Shown here: positions 61,481 through 64,000 of the stretch, one piece after another
Layout: each line of letters starts with the position of its first letter
Numbering within the stretch: the first letter of the stretch is position 1
Assembly (NCBI GenBank): GCA_951406725.2
Contig: OX597814.1
Location: 149,978,001 to 150,042,000 of the forward strand
DNA: 64,000 bases
Direction: 5' to 3'
Source: Octopus vulgaris
Lineage: Eukaryota
Notes under the pieces: model-generated
What the model was told of the DNA's origin: nothing
The model's input: the letters and a program-made list of their open reading frames with translations, nothing else
Databases searched by the model: none
Made by a program: the position numbers and the translations under genes

Positions 61481-64000
61481 GGCAACGGTGAAAAAAATAT
61501 CAGTGTTAATTTATTGATGCATGTGGGCAAGTCTATGCCTGTATTATCAGAGAATTACAAAAAAATGTTTAAAAAGAATTCAAAACTCTGCATAAACCCG
61601 GTACAAATTCTTCATGGTTCAAAACGTTGCTTACTTCTTTTTACTCAACCTGATATATATATATAGTCAATTTGAAGATATAATGTCCTCCTTAGGGATT
61701 ATAAAATCCAGTGATCAACTGGTGTCATCAATGATATATTGGGAGAATTCTCTCAATATATAACGGATAAACAGTCTAATATACATTTATTACTATAAGA
61801 AAACGGAGGAGACATATTGTGGATACTTATTTTATTTGTATCAATAAGAACATAGCAAATAGTTTAATACAAATAAAATTTAAATGAACATAAATTAACG
61901 TAAAATGAGAATAAAAAGTGCCTACACTTGTTTCAGTCTGGTCACTATGTTAGCAGTGCTTCGGATCCACAGGGTTCGGATCATGTTAAGAGTTTTAGAT
62001 GTAAAAAAAAAATAATACAATGTGACCAGATATCTTCAGGGCAGCCTCGTGCAAAAGGCTAATGCTTACACATTTTTTTCACAGGAATTCAAGTTGGGGG
62101 GGGGGGGTAAAAAAAACTTACTAAATAAGATTGATGAGGACCACATATTCATATGTTAAGTATCTACGTAATGTAAACATTAAGTTAGAAAAGTAAGAGA
62201 GTACGTCGAAGGAGTATTAGGGGAAGGTTTAAGCTAATCAAAACTTTCTAAAAAGTTATTAGGGATTTGAAAAAAAAAAAAAGACGGGTACGTGTTTTGA
62301 GGGGCATTTTGTAATCATTTGCGAAAATATATAGGCGGTTAGGGGTTGTGAGGGACATTATGTAATTAGGGTAAGATACTGTGAAGACGTTAAGCAAATA
62401 GATTTAATTAAAGGGAAGAAAATGGAGCGATAAGAAAAAATAGAAAAATAAGAATATAGAGGGAAATAGATTTGCTGTGGGGAAGAATAACGAAATGAAA
62501 ATTTTAGTTCATTGAAAGAAGCGAGAAAAAGCCCTAAGTGATTAGGGATATACAATGTAAAGTATATGTGTAGATTTTAATATTTTAAGGTTATACCTAA
62601 GAAGGATTAGACTATATTGTATACTTAGGTAATTCTAAAGTAGGAATTTAATTGAGGTTCACTGGTAAAGAGGCTTGTATCTTCACAGGTTAAGATCAAT
62701 TAATAGCGGAGGGTATATATGTAAAATAAAATTTAAAGATACAGCTCTTTCGTTAGATTATAAAGAAAAATTTTCGTTACTTATTATTGTTATTAGTATT
62801 ATGTAGCATTTCAATGCACTATCAGATACATTCAATTATACGGAAAAACTATTTGATAAAAAAAAAATTATGCGCTTTTTATGTCAGACACACTCGAGCG
62901 TCACTTGGCACATCTCTACTACATTGCGCAGCAGAGTCAAAAGTATTTACTCACAATCAACTTTTATTTCGTCTTACAAGTGTCCAATGTGGCCACCACT
63001 GGCAACATATATGCGATAAGAGAATTCCTCCCAGACGCGTATCAGCATATCACGATCCACTGAGTATCCAATGAGTACTTCTTTGGCTGTCTGGGTGAAT
63101 GATTTACCGAAGTTTTTCTATTTCCCTTCTATGTCAATATCTTCTGGAATATCATCAAGCAAAGCAAATTTATTCTTTAGTTCTATGATGAACTTGCTTT
63201 TGATATGCTGATACGCGTCTGGGAGGGATTCTCTTATCGCATTGATGTTGCCCGTTGCTGCAGGTTGGGCCACATTGAACTCTTGTAAACTGGAGTTTTC
63301 TGTTACTTTTCCTTATTAAAATATTGCGTAATGAAATCGGTTCATTCTTTTTGAATAACCCAGTGTGTGTATGTATGTATGTATGTATGTATGTATGTAT
63401 GTATGTATGTATGTTTGTATGTATGTATGAAAGCACGTAATTCAGTGGTTAGAGTGTCGGGCTCACAATCCTGAAGTAGTGAGTTCGATTCCTGGATCGG
63501 GCTGTGTGTTGTGTTCTTGAGCAAGACACTTTATTTCACGTTGCTCCAATTCACTCAGCTGGAGAAATGAGTTGTGACGTCACTGGTGCCAAGTTGTATT
63601 GGCCTTTGTCTTTCCTTTGGATAACATCGGTGGCGTGGAGAGGAGAGGCTGGTATGCATGAGCGACTGCTGATCTTCCATAAACAACCTTGACCAGACTT
63701 GTGCCTCGGAGGGAAACTTTCCAGGTGTAATCCCATGGTCATTCATGACCGAAGGGGGTTTTTACCCTTATATATTTAGTGGAAACATTTCTGTCAGCTT
63801 TGTCAGTTTCACTAATCATTTTTAAGTTGTATAAATTCAAGTACTTCTTAAACTTTTCGAATCAGCCTTTACTAGCGAGTACATGCGTCGCTAAGGGGTC
63901 GCACTGGACGGCACTGCCTCCTCACTATTCATTAGTGCAACCTCGGATGTACAGAAATACACTTATTTTGAAGTTTCAGTTTAGTATTATTTCAAATTAG

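Overview
AT-rich, SINE- and microsatellite-rich eukaryotic DNA; the repeat content strongly suggests an octopus/cephalopod. The core is a head-to-head mitochondrial chaperonin pair. HSP60/HSPD1 lies on the minus strand (11 coding exons, 576 aa, CDS 22853->13180, inferred non-coding exon 1 near 36324-36450). HSP10/HSPE1 lies on the plus strand (4 coding exons, 101 aa, 37001->45112). They share a ~0.7-kb bidirectional promoter with two perfect heat-shock elements. The first coding exon of a MINDY4/FAM188B-like gene is at 56137-56202. The most interesting part is the 13.5-kb first intron of HSP60. It holds a ~2.0-kb tandem array (about 4.3 units) that has amplified an H/ACA snoRNA recognisable as SNORA20 (guide for the 18S U651-equivalent) to five copies. 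Adjacent copies are separated by a predicted 58-nt non-coding cassette exon carrying a 5-codon uORF. A second, unassigned H/ACA snoRNA is present in two copies, and other chaperonin introns contain strand-biased RNA structures. The flanks contain a near full-length mariner, a Helitron, piggyBac/hAT/Merlin-type MITEs, LINE remnants, and Penelope-type elements that carry hammerhead motifs and tRNA-like heads. All calls were made by eye. Similarities to human sequences are recalled from memory and need a database check.
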